Part shown: positions 17,248-26,402 of the stretch, piece by piece
How positions within the stretch are numbered: the first letter of the stretch is position 1
Layout: each line of letters starts with the position of its first letter
Origin: a virus
Lineage: Duplodnaviria > Caudoviricetes
DNA length: 44,653 bases
Reading direction: 5' to 3' (one strand)
IMG/VR virus record: IMGVR_UViG_3300049926_000041
Location: 1 to 44,653 of that record
Made by a program: the position numbers and the translations under genes
Notes under the pieces: model-generated
The model's database searches: none
What the model was told of the DNA's origin: nothing
What the model saw: only the letters and a program-made list of their open reading frames with translations

Positions 17248-17531
17248 GAGGCCTGACCCAGGCCGAGGCCCTTCAGATCCAGAGCGACGCCAAGCGGGCC
17301 TACCAACTGGCATTCAACGCCCCGGGCGGCGAGGCGGTGCTGATGGATCTCGGCGTCTTCTGCCGCGCGCGCGAAAGCTGCCTGATACCAGGCCAGCGTG
17401 ACATGACGAGTGCGCTTGAAGGCCGAAGAGAAGTGTACCTGCGTATCCGAGACTATCTCGACCTGACCCCGGAGCAACTGGTCGAGAAATACCACCCGCC
17501 CGCTAAAGGAGCATACGGCGATGACCAATAA
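17244..17531 (+). CDS. Bbp19-like small protein
   Basis: F..PGGEAVL.DL..FC, EGRREVYLRI; lies between portal and scaffold. Confidence 0.75.
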   Translation: MRGLTQAEALQIQSDAKRAYQLAFNAPGGEAVLMDLGVFCRARESCLIPGQRDMTSALEGRREVYLRIRDYLDLTPEQLVEKYHPPAKGAYGDDQ

Positions 17532-18474
17532 TCTGCATGCTACACATTTTATGCATTTTCCAAATCTTCACACCGGTCGACCGCGATTTCATTTCGACGA
17601 TAATGCAGGAGGCGGCGACGCGGGCGCTGCTGCTGCGGCAGCCGCCGCGGCCGCTGCTGCCGCCGGAGCCGCCAAGCCATGGCATACCGGCCTCGACACC
17701 GAGATCATCGGCCACGCCAACAACAAGGGCTGGAAGCTCGACGACCCCAAGGAAGCCTTCGGGGCCGCTGCCAAGGTGGCGCGCGATCTCGAGCGGCACT
17801 TCGGCGTACCGCCGGATCAACTGCTGCGCCTGCCGAAGCCCGACGCCACTCCCGAAGAGAAGGCCGCGTTCCGGCAGAAGCTCGGCGCGCCGGCCAAGGC
17901 CGAGGATTACGACTTCTCGACCGTGAAGGATGCCGCCGGCCAGCCGCTGGCGCAGCCGCTCGCCGACGCGCTACGGGCTTCTTTCCTCACCCATGGCGTC
18001 ACCAAGGATGCGGCGCCCGCGGTCGCGCTCGATGTCGTCAAGGCGCTGGACAGTGTGAAGAAGACGCAATCGACCGTCACCGACGCCACGCTGGCCGAGG
18101 AGCGCGGCAAGCTGGAAAAGAACTGGGGCGGCAAGGAATCCAGCACCTGGCGATTCAACATGCTGCAGGCCAAGGAGGGCGCCGAACGCTTGGGCCTCGA
18201 CCCGAATGCGACCTCGACGCTGGAAACCATGCTGGGCTATTCGACCTTGATGGATGCGTTGCGCAAGATCGGCAACGCGCGGCGCGAGGACATCTTCGTC
18301 GACAACCCCGCCGGCGGCGGCAGCGGCAAGGTCACCACCCGCGAGGGTGCGGCCGCGCGCAAGTCTGAACTGTTCGCCGACAAGGCATGGGTCACCCGCC
18401 TCAATGCCGGCGACATCGAAGCCAAGACCGAATGGAAACGCCTCAACGCGATGATTGAAGGAGAAGCAGCATGA
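17521..18474 (+). CDS. Capsid scaffolding protein
   Basis: Low-complexity poly-Ala N-terminus, KLGAP..AEDY, LEKNWG; precedes the capsid gene. Confidence 0.75.
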   Translation: MTNNLHATHFMHFPNLHTGRPRFHFDDNAGGGDAGAAAAAAAAAAAAAGAAKPWHTGLDTEIIGHANNKGWKLDDPKEAFGAAAKVARDLERHFGVPPDQLLRLPKPDATPEEKAAFRQKLGAPAKAEDYDFSTVKDAAGQPLAQPLADALRASFLTHGVTKDAAPAVALDVVKALDSVKKTQSTVTDATLAEERGKLEKNWGGKESSTWRFNMLQAKEGAERLGLDPNATSTLETMLGYSTLMDALRKIGNARREDIFVDNPAGGGSGKVTTREGAAARKSELFADKAWVTRLNAGDIEAKTEWKRLNAMIEGEAA

Positions 18475-18788
18475 GCATGACCGAAACCCCGATCGGACAA
18501 GCCCCGAAGAAGAAGACAGTCAAGAAGCCGCGCAAGAAGCGGGCATTCCCGCGCGCGCGCGCCGAGGCCAAGCCCGAGGTGCCCACGGAGTTCGCCGGCA
18601 TCTCGACCACTGATTGCTGCGACGCCTGCAACAAGGACGGCTGCGTGATCTCGGGCAAGAACTATTGCGCCCACCCCATGAAGGGCGGTCTGCAGTCGCC
18701 GCAGATGCAGGATAATGACGCGCTGCGGCGCTTCAATCGCGCCAAGGGTGCGCTTCGCAACCAGATGATCGACCTGCGCGGCCGGTGA
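18471..18788 (+). CDS. Basic Cys/His-rich hypothetical protein
   Basis: Lys/Arg-rich N-terminus; CCDAC..C..C.HP. Confidence 0.65.
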   Translation: MSMTETPIGQAPKKKTVKKPRKKRAFPRARAEAKPEVPTEFAGISTTDCCDACNKDGCVISGKNYCAHPMKGGLQSPQMQDNDALRRFNRAKGALRNQMIDLRGR

Positions 18789-18828
18789 GTGCGTTGTTAA
18801 ATTTTTGCGGGCGGGGAATGTTCCCGCC
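18787..18828 (+). promoter_or_regulatory. Late promoter copy 4 (capsid operon), with leader
   Basis: GAGTGCGTTG with AATGTT at the -10 position. Confidence 0.75.
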
Positions 18829-18976
18829 TGCACTACCCCGGTATCTCGGCCCCGCAAGGACACGCTGACCGGCCCCATACGGCCCCCGCAAGGACACGGC
18901 TGAAGCTTGATGGTCCCCGCGCGCTCGCACGGACACGACCGCTCACGTTCATCCGAACCTTACAGGCGGGAAAGCC
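18821..18976 (+). ncRNA. Structured capsid 5' leader: three repeated hairpins plus an anti-RBS helix
   Basis: GG(C/T)C-C-CC..GG-ACAC motif x3; TTCCCGCCTG is complementary to CAGGCGGGAA. Confidence 0.6.
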
Positions 18977-19897
18977 ATGTCCGAGAATCTACCCAAACTC
19001 TTTACGACCGAATTTTCAGACCTCCTGGTGCTGAAGCTGCAGCAGACGCAATCGATGCTGCGCGGCACCGTGATGGAAGGCTATCACGTCGGCAAGCAGG
19101 CCTCGCCGATCCAGTACACCGGCTCCGTGCAGATGCAGACGCCGGCGGGCCGCTTCGCTCCGATCGCGCGCCAGGACGTCGACTTCACCCGCCGATGGGT
19201 GCTGCCGGTCGATAAAGACGCCCAGCAGATGGTCGACACCTTCGACAAGCTGAAGACCGCGATCGATCCAACCTCATCGGAAGTTTCAGCCGCCGCTGCT
19301 GCTGTCGCCCGCGAGTGGGACGACCGCATTATCGGCGCCGCATTCGCGACCGCGCTGCTCGGCGACGGCAACACCCCGAACGCCTTTACCAACGAGACCT
19401 TCGTCACTGCAAGCTGGCAGGTCGCATCGACCTTCGGCTCGGCCGCGGCCTCGGGCCTCACCGTCGCCAAGATGATCGAAGCCAAGCGCATCCTGCGCAA
19501 GGCCCAGGTCCCGCAGGACGAGGCCAAGACCTGGATCACGAACTCACAGGGCGAATCCGATCTGCTCAACCAGGTGCAGGTGGTCTCGACCGAGTTCAGC
19601 GACCGGCCCGTGCTGACCGATGGCGTGGTTTCGCGCTTCCTCGGCTTCGATATCAAGTATTCGGAGCGCCTGACCTCGACCTCGAACGTGCGGCAGAACA
19701 TGGCCTATGTGAAGTCGGGCCTCTATCTCGGCATCTGGAAGGATACCCAGAACGACGTCAGCCAGCGCAAGGATCTGACCGGTTTGCCCTATCAGATCTA
19801 TACGATGATGTCGTCGGGCGCGACGCGGCTTGAACCGGGACGTCTGTTGCAGGTGCTCTGCGCGGATACCTCAGCCGCCGCCGACGTGACGCCGTAG
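18977..19897 (+). CDS. Major capsid protein (BPP-1-like HK97 fold)
   Basis: LQQTQSMLR, TRRWV, D.FDKLK..IDPTS, FLGF, GATRLE. Confidence 0.92.
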   Translation: MSENLPKLFTTEFSDLLVLKLQQTQSMLRGTVMEGYHVGKQASPIQYTGSVQMQTPAGRFAPIARQDVDFTRRWVLPVDKDAQQMVDTFDKLKTAIDPTSSEVSAAAAAVAREWDDRIIGAAFATALLGDGNTPNAFTNETFVTASWQVASTFGSAAASGLTVAKMIEAKRILRKAQVPQDEAKTWITNSQGESDLLNQVQVVSTEFSDRPVLTDGVVSRFLGFDIKYSERLTSTSNVRQNMAYVKSGLYLGIWKDTQNDVSQRKDLTGLPYQIYTMMSSGATRLEPGRLLQVLCADTSAAADVTP

Positions 19898-19907
19898 GGA
19901 GGCTGAC

Positions 19908-20141
19908 ATGGCAGATCATTTCGTCAGCCTCACCCGCGGCATTGAAGGCACGAAGTATGTGGACTTCACGGTAGGAACCGCCTCGAGCGGATCGGTGTTC
20001 GTCGAGCTGCGGGTTGGAGATGCCTCGACCGTTCCGACCACTCCGACGCGGGTCGAGATTATCAAGGCATTGGAAGCGTTCGAACGCTTCTTCTCAAATC
20101 CCCAGCAGGTCAGCGCCGCTGGCTTCGTCGTCACCGGTTAA
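19908..20141 (+). CDS. Small virion-associated protein
   Basis: GGAGG RBS; follows the capsid gene. Confidence 0.65.
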   Translation: MADHFVSLTRGIEGTKYVDFTVGTASSGSVFVELRVGDASTVPTTPTRVEIIKALEAFERFFSNPQQVSAAGFVVTG

Positions 20142-20153
20142 GGAGAAAAAGCA

Positions 20154-20729
20154 ATGGCTGGCCATATCCTAAAATCCCTCGCGATCACCAATCTCGACGC
20201 GACCCCCGTCATCCCGAACACGATCGGCGAAGGTGCGCCCGGCTATGTCACGGTGATCGATGGTTCGGTAAGCCCGGTCTCGGCCGACGACAATACCTCG
20301 ACCTACCGGCTGCTTCGCTTCCCGACCAGCGCCAAGGTCAAGGATCTCAAGATCTGGAGCACGGTGCTGACGGCGTTTGCCGCCGACATCGACATCGCGT
20401 TTTCGTCCTCGACCACCGATGGCACCCCACCGGCGCTCGCGGGCGGCATCGTGCAGATCACCGGCCCGGTCGACAACAAGCTGTTCGGCGCGGCCAAGAC
20501 GCTGTTCGTCGCCTCCGCGACCTTCCCGCTGATCACGACCGTCACCGATCCATTCCAGGGCACGTTCACCGCGCCGATGATGGATATCCCGATGTGGCAG
20601 AATCTGGTGACGCTCGGCGCCACGCAATTCTCGGCGAACCCCGGCGGCTACTTTGACATCCTCGTGCGCTGCACCACCGCAGTCACCACCGGCGGCATCC
20701 TGATCGCCAAAATGGAATACGTGAACTGA
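20154..20729 (+). CDS. Putative capsid cement/decoration protein
   Basis: Beta-rich; AAGGAG RBS; position after the MCP. Confidence 0.55.
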   Translation: MAGHILKSLAITNLDATPVIPNTIGEGAPGYVTVIDGSVSPVSADDNTSTYRLLRFPTSAKVKDLKIWSTVLTAFAADIDIAFSSSTTDGTPPALAGGIVQITGPVDNKLFGAAKTLFVASATFPLITTVTDPFQGTFTAPMMDIPMWQNLVTLGATQFSANPGGYFDILVRCTTAVTTGGILIAKMEYVN

Positions 20730-20730
20730 G

Positions 20731-20943
20731 GTGGCACAGAACCAGTTCATCAATGTCGGGATCGACCAGGGGGCGGCGAAGAAGTCCGACCTCAACGACC
20801 ACCGCCACGCCGTCACCAACGCGGCGGCGGCGGCGGGCGACCTGACGGTGAGCTGGGACGGCGCCAAATTCACCACGGTCACGCTGATGCGCGGCGCGCT
20901 GATGCAGGTCTTGCGACAACTCGGCGGCCAACTGCCGCCATAA
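20731..20943 (+). CDS. Small virion-associated protein
   Basis: ORF track. Confidence 0.6.
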   Translation: MAQNQFINVGIDQGAAKKSDLNDHRHAVTNAAAAAGDLTVSWDGAKFTTVTLMRGALMQVLRQLGGQLPP

Positions 20944-20953
20944 GGAATATTCC

Positions 20954-21238
20954 GTGCCATCAGCTACCGGCGACGCAAAGATATTTCCCAACATCGGCGC
21001 CACCACGGCAGCCTTTGAGCTGAAGGGCGGCAAGTATGGCGTTGCCGCATTCGCCACAGGGGCCGGCACCATGGGTCTGCAGATGGTGGCGGCCGATGGT
21101 TCGACGCTGATCCCGGTTCACACGGTGTTCGCGGCCACGCTCGGCTATGCCGCGGTAGACCTGCCGCCGGGGCAGTACAAGTTCTTCATTGCCACCTTTA
21201 CGGCGGTTTACGCCACGATCTGCCGCGTTCCAAGCTAG
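20954..21238 (+). CDS. Small beta-rich virion protein
   Basis: ORF track; AAGGA RBS. Confidence 0.6.
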   Translation: MPSATGDAKIFPNIGATTAAFELKGGKYGVAAFATGAGTMGLQMVAADGSTLIPVHTVFAATLGYAAVDLPPGQYKFFIATFTAVYATICRVPS

Positions 21239-21280
21239 GAGTGCGTTGCTGGTCCCGACGGTCGTCAGCATCGTCCGGAC
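21239..21280 (+). promoter_or_regulatory. Late promoter copy 5 (tail operon), leaderless
   Basis: GAGTGCG-TTGCTG-N17-CATCGT-N6-ATG. Confidence 0.85.
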
Positions 21281-22585
21281 ATGACGGCATACAGGACTCC
21301 GATCGATATAGGCAGCCGTGCGCTGCAGCATCTCGGCTCGAGCCGGATGGACCCCGTTCTCGGCTTCAACGACACCTCGGTGCGCGGCGCTTCCGAAGCC
21401 GGCTTTGCCTACGACAAGCTCCGCGAGGCCGAGCTGCGGCGCCGAACTTGGACCTTCGCCACCGCAAGGCAGGTGCTGCGCGCGGTCGACACCAACACCA
21501 TGCTGCTGTCGCCGGCGATGTGGACGCCGGGCACCACCTATTTCACCGGCTCGATCGTCACCGACCAGTCCGGCAATATGTGGATCTCGAATATCCCGAA
21601 CAACCTCGCCAACGATCCGTTGCTGACGACGTTCTGGGAGCCGTATTTCGGGCCGCGCTCGGTGTCGCTGTGGACCGCGACCATCACCTATGAGACCGGC
21701 GAACTGGTCTACACCACGGCAGGCGACGGCAAGTATCGCGTCTACCTGTCGCTGCAGCCGGCCAACGCTGACACGCCTGGCACCGCGACCGCATGGGACG
21801 CGACCGCGACCTATTTCAAGAACCAGGTCGTGACGCTTTCTGCCGTCGCCTACATGAGCCTGATCGACCTCAATATCAACAACACGCCATCCGCGGCGCC
21901 GGCGCTGTTCAATATCGCCACCACCTACGCGATCGGCAATACCGTCGGCGCCTCCGATGGCGTGATCTACACCTCGCTCGCCAACGGCAATATCGGTTTC
22001 GATCCGACGCTGGACGGCGGCGTGCACTGGTCGAGCGCGGGTGTGCTCAATCCATGGACGCGGGTTTTCGTCGGCGGCATCGGTTCGGCCAAATGGCTTG
22101 AAATTGGCGGCACCGAATTCCCGATGGGCGTGGCGCTGACCACGTTGCCAATGATTTACCCGCACGGCACCGGTCCATCCTCGCAATTGGGATCGAAGAA
22201 CATCTTCGTGCTGCCGGCCGGATATTTGCGCCGCGCCGCGCAAAATCCCAAGACTGGCATCGGGGCCGTCGGCGGACCTACGGGGGTTACCTATGACGAC
22301 TGGCTGATCGAACGCGGCTATCTCATCACCTCCGACACCGGCCCGATCCCGCTGCGTTTCGTCGCCAACATCACCGACGTCTCACTGATGGATGTGCTGT
22401 TCTGCGAGGGTATCGCGGCCGGGATCGCGTTCGCGATTTGCGACACCATCACCCAGGACAAGGGACAATTGCAGATCGTCGCCAAGACCTGGGACGAGTG
22501 GAAGAACGAGGCCAGCGTCGCCGACGGAATCGAGAACGAATATGAGGATCCGCCGGACGACGACTGGATCACGGTGCGCCTGTGA
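21281..22585 (+). CDS. Tail tubular protein A (adaptor) with inserted carbohydrate-binding-like repeats
   Basis: IGSRALQHLG, LRRRTWTFAT, LPAGYLR, WITVRL adaptor motifs flank four W/F...TY..G..V repeats. Confidence 0.8.
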   Translation: MTAYRTPIDIGSRALQHLGSSRMDPVLGFNDTSVRGASEAGFAYDKLREAELRRRTWTFATARQVLRAVDTNTMLLSPAMWTPGTTYFTGSIVTDQSGNMWISNIPNNLANDPLLTTFWEPYFGPRSVSLWTATITYETGELVYTTAGDGKYRVYLSLQPANADTPGTATAWDATATYFKNQVVTLSAVAYMSLIDLNINNTPSAAPALFNIATTYAIGNTVGASDGVIYTSLANGNIGFDPTLDGGVHWSSAGVLNPWTRVFVGGIGSAKWLEIGGTEFPMGVALTTLPMIYPHGTGPSSQLGSKNIFVLPAGYLRRAAQNPKTGIGAVGGPTGVTYDDWLIERGYLITSDTGPIPLRFVANITDVSLMDVLFCEGIAAGIAFAICDTITQDKGQLQIVAKTWDEWKNEASVADGIENEYEDPPDDDWITVRL

Positions 22586-25500
22586 GCGAGGCCACATTCG
22601 CAGTTGGCAACTTCCTCGGCGGCGAGATTTCGAAGTTTGCTCAGGGACGTTTTGACAAGCCGGACTATCGCAATTCGCTCAAGGTCTGCCTGAACTCGTT
22701 TCCCGGCGAGATCGGGACATGGATGCGGCGTCCGGGCACCCAGCATGGCGGCTTCACCCGCGGTGGCGCGCCGGCCAAGAAGATAAAATTCGATTTCGAA
22801 CAGGCCATTCCCTACACGCTGGAGTTCACTGACGGATTCCTACGCTTCCATAATGGCGCGGCGCTGATCACCACCGATACGCAGGTCGTCGTTGCAGTGT
22901 CGGCGGCAAATCCGGCCGTGGTGCAGACCACCAGCGCAGTGACATGGGCGACCGGCGATACCCTGATCTTTCCGGGCGCCTCAACGCCGCTATTGGAAAA
23001 CCGCCAGTTTCTCGCCACCAAGGTTGACACCACGCATTTTTCGCTGGCCGATGCCATCACCGGCACTGCGATCAACGGTGCATCGCTCGGCGCATTGGTC
23101 GCGGGCGCCACCGTCTCGCGCGTGCAGGAACTGACCACGGTTTACGCCGCTGGCGCATGGTCAGCCGTGCGGGCGGTGCAGGCCGAGACCACCGATATCC
23201 TGCTCAACGGCTCGCTGGCGCCTCAGGCCTTGACGGTGACGACGTTGCCGACGCTGAGTTCGAGCGCCGTGTTCGCGATCAATCCCGCGATTTTCAATGA
23301 TGGCCCTTACCTCGATCCGTTCATCAACGGCGTGCAGGCGACGCCGAATGCAGTGTCGGGCAGTGTCACGCTGACGCTCGGATTCGCGGCCTATGTCGCC
23401 ACCCAAGCCTACGCCAAGGACGCGTTCGTCACCTCGGTCAACATCAATTATAAATCGCTGATCGACAACAATGTCGGCAATACCCCGGCCGGCGCACCGA
23501 CGGCATGGGCTGTTTCTACGGCATCGGCCGCGATCAATGACGGCAAGGGATTTCTCGGAACTGATGTCGGCCGCTTGGTCCGCCTGTTCTCTGAGCCGGC
23601 ACCGTGGCTTGCCGCCACGGGTTACGTTACTGGCAACATCGTTGCCTATAACCCAACGGGAACGCCAGGCGCGACGACCTATTGGACCGCACTCGCGGCA
23701 ACGACCGGGAATATCCCGGGCACCGATCTCACACACTGGTCGCTGACGCCCGCGAACGCCGCTTTGTGGTCGTGGGGCAAGATCACGGGACTCTCGACCC
23801 AGATCAGCCAGAGCCTCGGCGGCGTCGTCAACATCGGCAACATGATATTGGCGGGTGGCATCGCCGCTCCGTTCAATGGAAATATATCGCAGGTGGCGGC
23901 CGCTTGCGCATCTGATAGCCTTACGGTGTTCGGTCATGACGTCGTTATGTCTTCCTATGTTGGACAGAACTTTACCGTTCCTGGTGCCCAGAAGATCGCC
24001 AGTGCGACGGTGTATCCCAGTAGCGATGTCGGATTTGCAGTCGGGCGGATCAATATCAGTGGCGTCGGAATAATCCCCGGCTCGTCGGTCACGGTCACCT
24101 TAAATCTGCGAGCATCGCAAACTGCGCCCAGCAACTCGGCCAATGGCACTTTGCTTGGGACGTCCGGCGAATTCGGCACTTTAACGAATGCTGTCACGAT
24201 CCAGTCCAACGACCAGACCACGGCATGGAAATTCATCTGGATCGAGATAGTGGCCGAAAATTTCAGCCTGACGGTCGGTGTTTTCCAGATTCTTGTAAAT
24301 TCTTACATCAGCCAGATTTTCTTCTATGGCCCGGCCGGCAGCGGCGTGTCCGGCAACGGCGTCAATATCGAATTGCTCGGGCCACCACTACTTTATACCG
24401 TGGCGATCCGGACATGGCGGCTCGGGGCCTATAGCAACACCACGGGCTGGCCGACCTGCGGCACCTATTACGAGGGCCGGTTGTGGCTCTCCGGAGCGGT
24501 CGCCAACCGGTTCGACGGCAGCGTATCAAACGGCATTCTCGGCGGCACCGTCAACTTCTCGCCGACCGATCAGAATGGCGTGGTCGCGGCCAGCAGCGCG
24601 ATCTCGTACACGCTGAATTCCGATACCGTCAATCCGATCTTCCACATGACGCCGGACCTGCAGGGCATCATCATCGGCACCCAGGGCGGCGAGTGGCTGG
24701 TGGTGGCGCCTACGGCCGGTCCGATCGCGCCGAACAACATCGCCGCGCGCAACATCACCAAGCACGGCAGCTCCAACATCCTGCCGTGCCGTACCGAGCA
24801 CACCAATGTCTTCGTGCAGCGCTTTGCGCGCAAGTTGCTGGAATATTTCCCCGACGTCTATTCCGGCAAGTTCTCGGCGCCGAACCTCGCCGACAAGGCG
24901 CAGCACGTCACGCGCGCAGGCGTCTCCGAACTCGCCTACACCAACGCGATGACCCCGATCCTGTGGGGCCGAGATGCCTTGGGCGCGCTGTTCGGCGTTA
25001 CCTACAAGCGCGATACGCTGGCGAGCGCGCAGCCGCCGACGTTCTATGGCTGGCATCGTCACACCCTCGGATCCGGGCGCATTGTCGAGAGCATCTGCAA
25101 CGGCCCATCGGTCGGCGGCGATCTCGACAGCCTGACTATGGTGACCAACGATGCGGCCACCGGCCTGCGTCATGTCGAAATACTGACCGACACCATGGAC
25201 GAGGATTCGGTGCTGACCGATTCATGGTTCCTCGACGATGCGGTGACGCCCACATCGACGTCATCCTCCGCGACCGGCCTCACCATCAACGGGCTGTGGC
25301 ACCTCAACGGCAAGACCGTGCAGGTGTTTGCCGGCGGGCTGGACTGTGGCGATCCCGGCGAGGGCAAACCGTTCTCCGATTTCCTCGTCACCAATGGATC
25401 GGTCTTCGTGCCCTACGGCGACAGCATCTCGGCTGGCGCGGGGCGCGGGCTGTTCACCGCCGCTTTCGCCGCGGGCCTGCCACTTTCGCAGATCGTGGTC

Positions 25501-25839
25501 GGCTTCACCTACAACAGCGATGGCCAGATGGTGAAGCCGATCGCGCCGGCGGACAGCGGCGCGCGCAATGGCCCGGCGCTCGGCAAACTGTCACGTGCCC
25601 ATCGATACGCGATGCTGCTGGTCAACACGCTGGGCCTTCAGGCGGGCGGTACCTTCGCCAAACTGCGGCCGGCAGCCTACGAGACCAAGCCGGCAGCATT
25701 GACCATGTTCACCGGAATCGCCCAGGACGGTGCCACCGACGATGACGGCTATGACAATGGCTGGTGCTGGCGGGTGTCGCGGCCGTTCCCGGCTAACGTG
25801 ACCGCGGTAGCGCTCAACCTGAACACGAAGGATCAGTGA
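22582..25839 (+). CDS. Tail tubular protein B (nozzle) with inserted domains
   Basis: NFLGGEIS, RRPGT, LEFTDGFLRF, WP..GTYYEGRLW, GTQGGEW, FVQR, GWHRH, LWHLNGKTV. Confidence 0.88.
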   Translation: MSEATFAVGNFLGGEISKFAQGRFDKPDYRNSLKVCLNSFPGEIGTWMRRPGTQHGGFTRGGAPAKKIKFDFEQAIPYTLEFTDGFLRFHNGAALITTDTQVVVAVSAANPAVVQTTSAVTWATGDTLIFPGASTPLLENRQFLATKVDTTHFSLADAITGTAINGASLGALVAGATVSRVQELTTVYAAGAWSAVRAVQAETTDILLNGSLAPQALTVTTLPTLSSSAVFAINPAIFNDGPYLDPFINGVQATPNAVSGSVTLTLGFAAYVATQAYAKDAFVTSVNINYKSLIDNNVGNTPAGAPTAWAVSTASAAINDGKGFLGTDVGRLVRLFSEPAPWLAATGYVTGNIVAYNPTGTPGATTYWTALAATTGNIPGTDLTHWSLTPANAALWSWGKITGLSTQISQSLGGVVNIGNMILAGGIAAPFNGNISQVAAACASDSLTVFGHDVVMSSYVGQNFTVPGAQKIASATVYPSSDVGFAVGRINISGVGIIPGSSVTVTLNLRASQTAPSNSANGTLLGTSGEFGTLTNAVTIQSNDQTTAWKFIWIEIVAENFSLTVGVFQILVNSYISQIFFYGPAGSGVSGNGVNIELLGPPLLYTVAIRTWRLGAYSNTTGWPTCGTYYEGRLWLSGAVANRFDGSVSNGILGGTVNFSPTDQNGVVAASSAISYTLNSDTVNPIFHMTPDLQGIIIGTQGGEWLVVAPTAGPIAPNNIAARNITKHGSSNILPCRTEHTNVFVQRFARKLLEYFPDVYSGKFSAPNLADKAQHVTRAGVSELAYTNAMTPILWGRDALGALFGVTYKRDTLASAQPPTFYGWHRHTLGSGRIVESICNGPSVGGDLDSLTMVTNDAATGLRHVEILTDTMDEDSVLTDSWFLDDAVTPTSTSSSATGLTINGLWHLNGKTVQVFAGGLDCGDPGEGKPFSDFLVTNGSVFVPYGDSISAGAGRGLFTAAFAAGLPLSQIVVGFTYNSDGQMVKPIAPADSGARNGPALGKLSRAHRYAMLLVNTLGLQAGGTFAKLRPAAYETKPAALTMFTGIAQDGATDDDGYDNGWCWRVSRPFPANVTAVALNLNTKDQ

Positions 25840-25840
25840 G

Positions 25841-26401
25841 ATGGCCTTCGGAGCAGGCACTATCACCAGTGCGGCTGGCGCGGTCAGCGATCTCTTTGCC
25901 GCGGAAGGCCATCGCGCCAAGGCCAAGGGCGATCTGTTCGAGGCCGAGAATTACGATCGTGCCTCCGAGCTTGCGACCCAGAACGAAAAATTCACGGAGA
26001 TGTCGACAGCGATCAAGCAATCGCAACTCGATCGCGCCAATTACAAGGTCCTCGGTGGACAGGCGGCCGACGTCGCCGGCGCCGGATTTGCTGCGTCCGG
26101 ATCGGCGCTGGATCTGATGAGCGAGAGCGCACAGCAGGGCGCGCTGCAGAAAGCTGTCGGTGCAGAGCAGGGGCTGATCACGGAGGCCGGATATAAAGAG
26201 CAGGCCGATTCCTACACCACGATGTCAAAGGCCGCGCATATGGCAGCCGATGCCGAGAACAATGCCGCGTTCGGTGCCGACATAACTGGAGCTCTTAAGG
26301 GCGTTGCCAGCGTAGCAACGATGTTCACGGGCGGCTTCGATCTCTCAAAGATCGGCAATCTATTCATGGGTGGCGGTAGCCCGAGCGGATACGGGAGCTA
26401 A
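25841..26401 (+). CDS. Internal virion (ejection) protein, small
   Basis: Ala/Gly-rich; GFAASGSALD motif; follows the nozzle gene. Confidence 0.7.
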   Translation: MAFGAGTITSAAGAVSDLFAAEGHRAKAKGDLFEAENYDRASELATQNEKFTEMSTAIKQSQLDRANYKVLGGQAADVAGAGFAASGSALDLMSESAQQGALQKAVGAEQGLITEAGYKEQADSYTTMSKAAHMAADAENNAAFGADITGALKGVASVATMFTGGFDLSKIGNLFMGGGSPSGYGS

Positions 26402-26402
26402 C

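Noticed and set aside
17624-17675. Poly-Ala repeat in the scaffold gene as a slippage element
   Set aside because: Codons are mixed, and low-complexity N-termini are ordinary for scaffold proteins.
18847-18940. CsrA/RsmA sites in the capsid leader (AAGGA, ACGGA)
   Set aside because: The GG is stem-paired rather than displayed in a loop.
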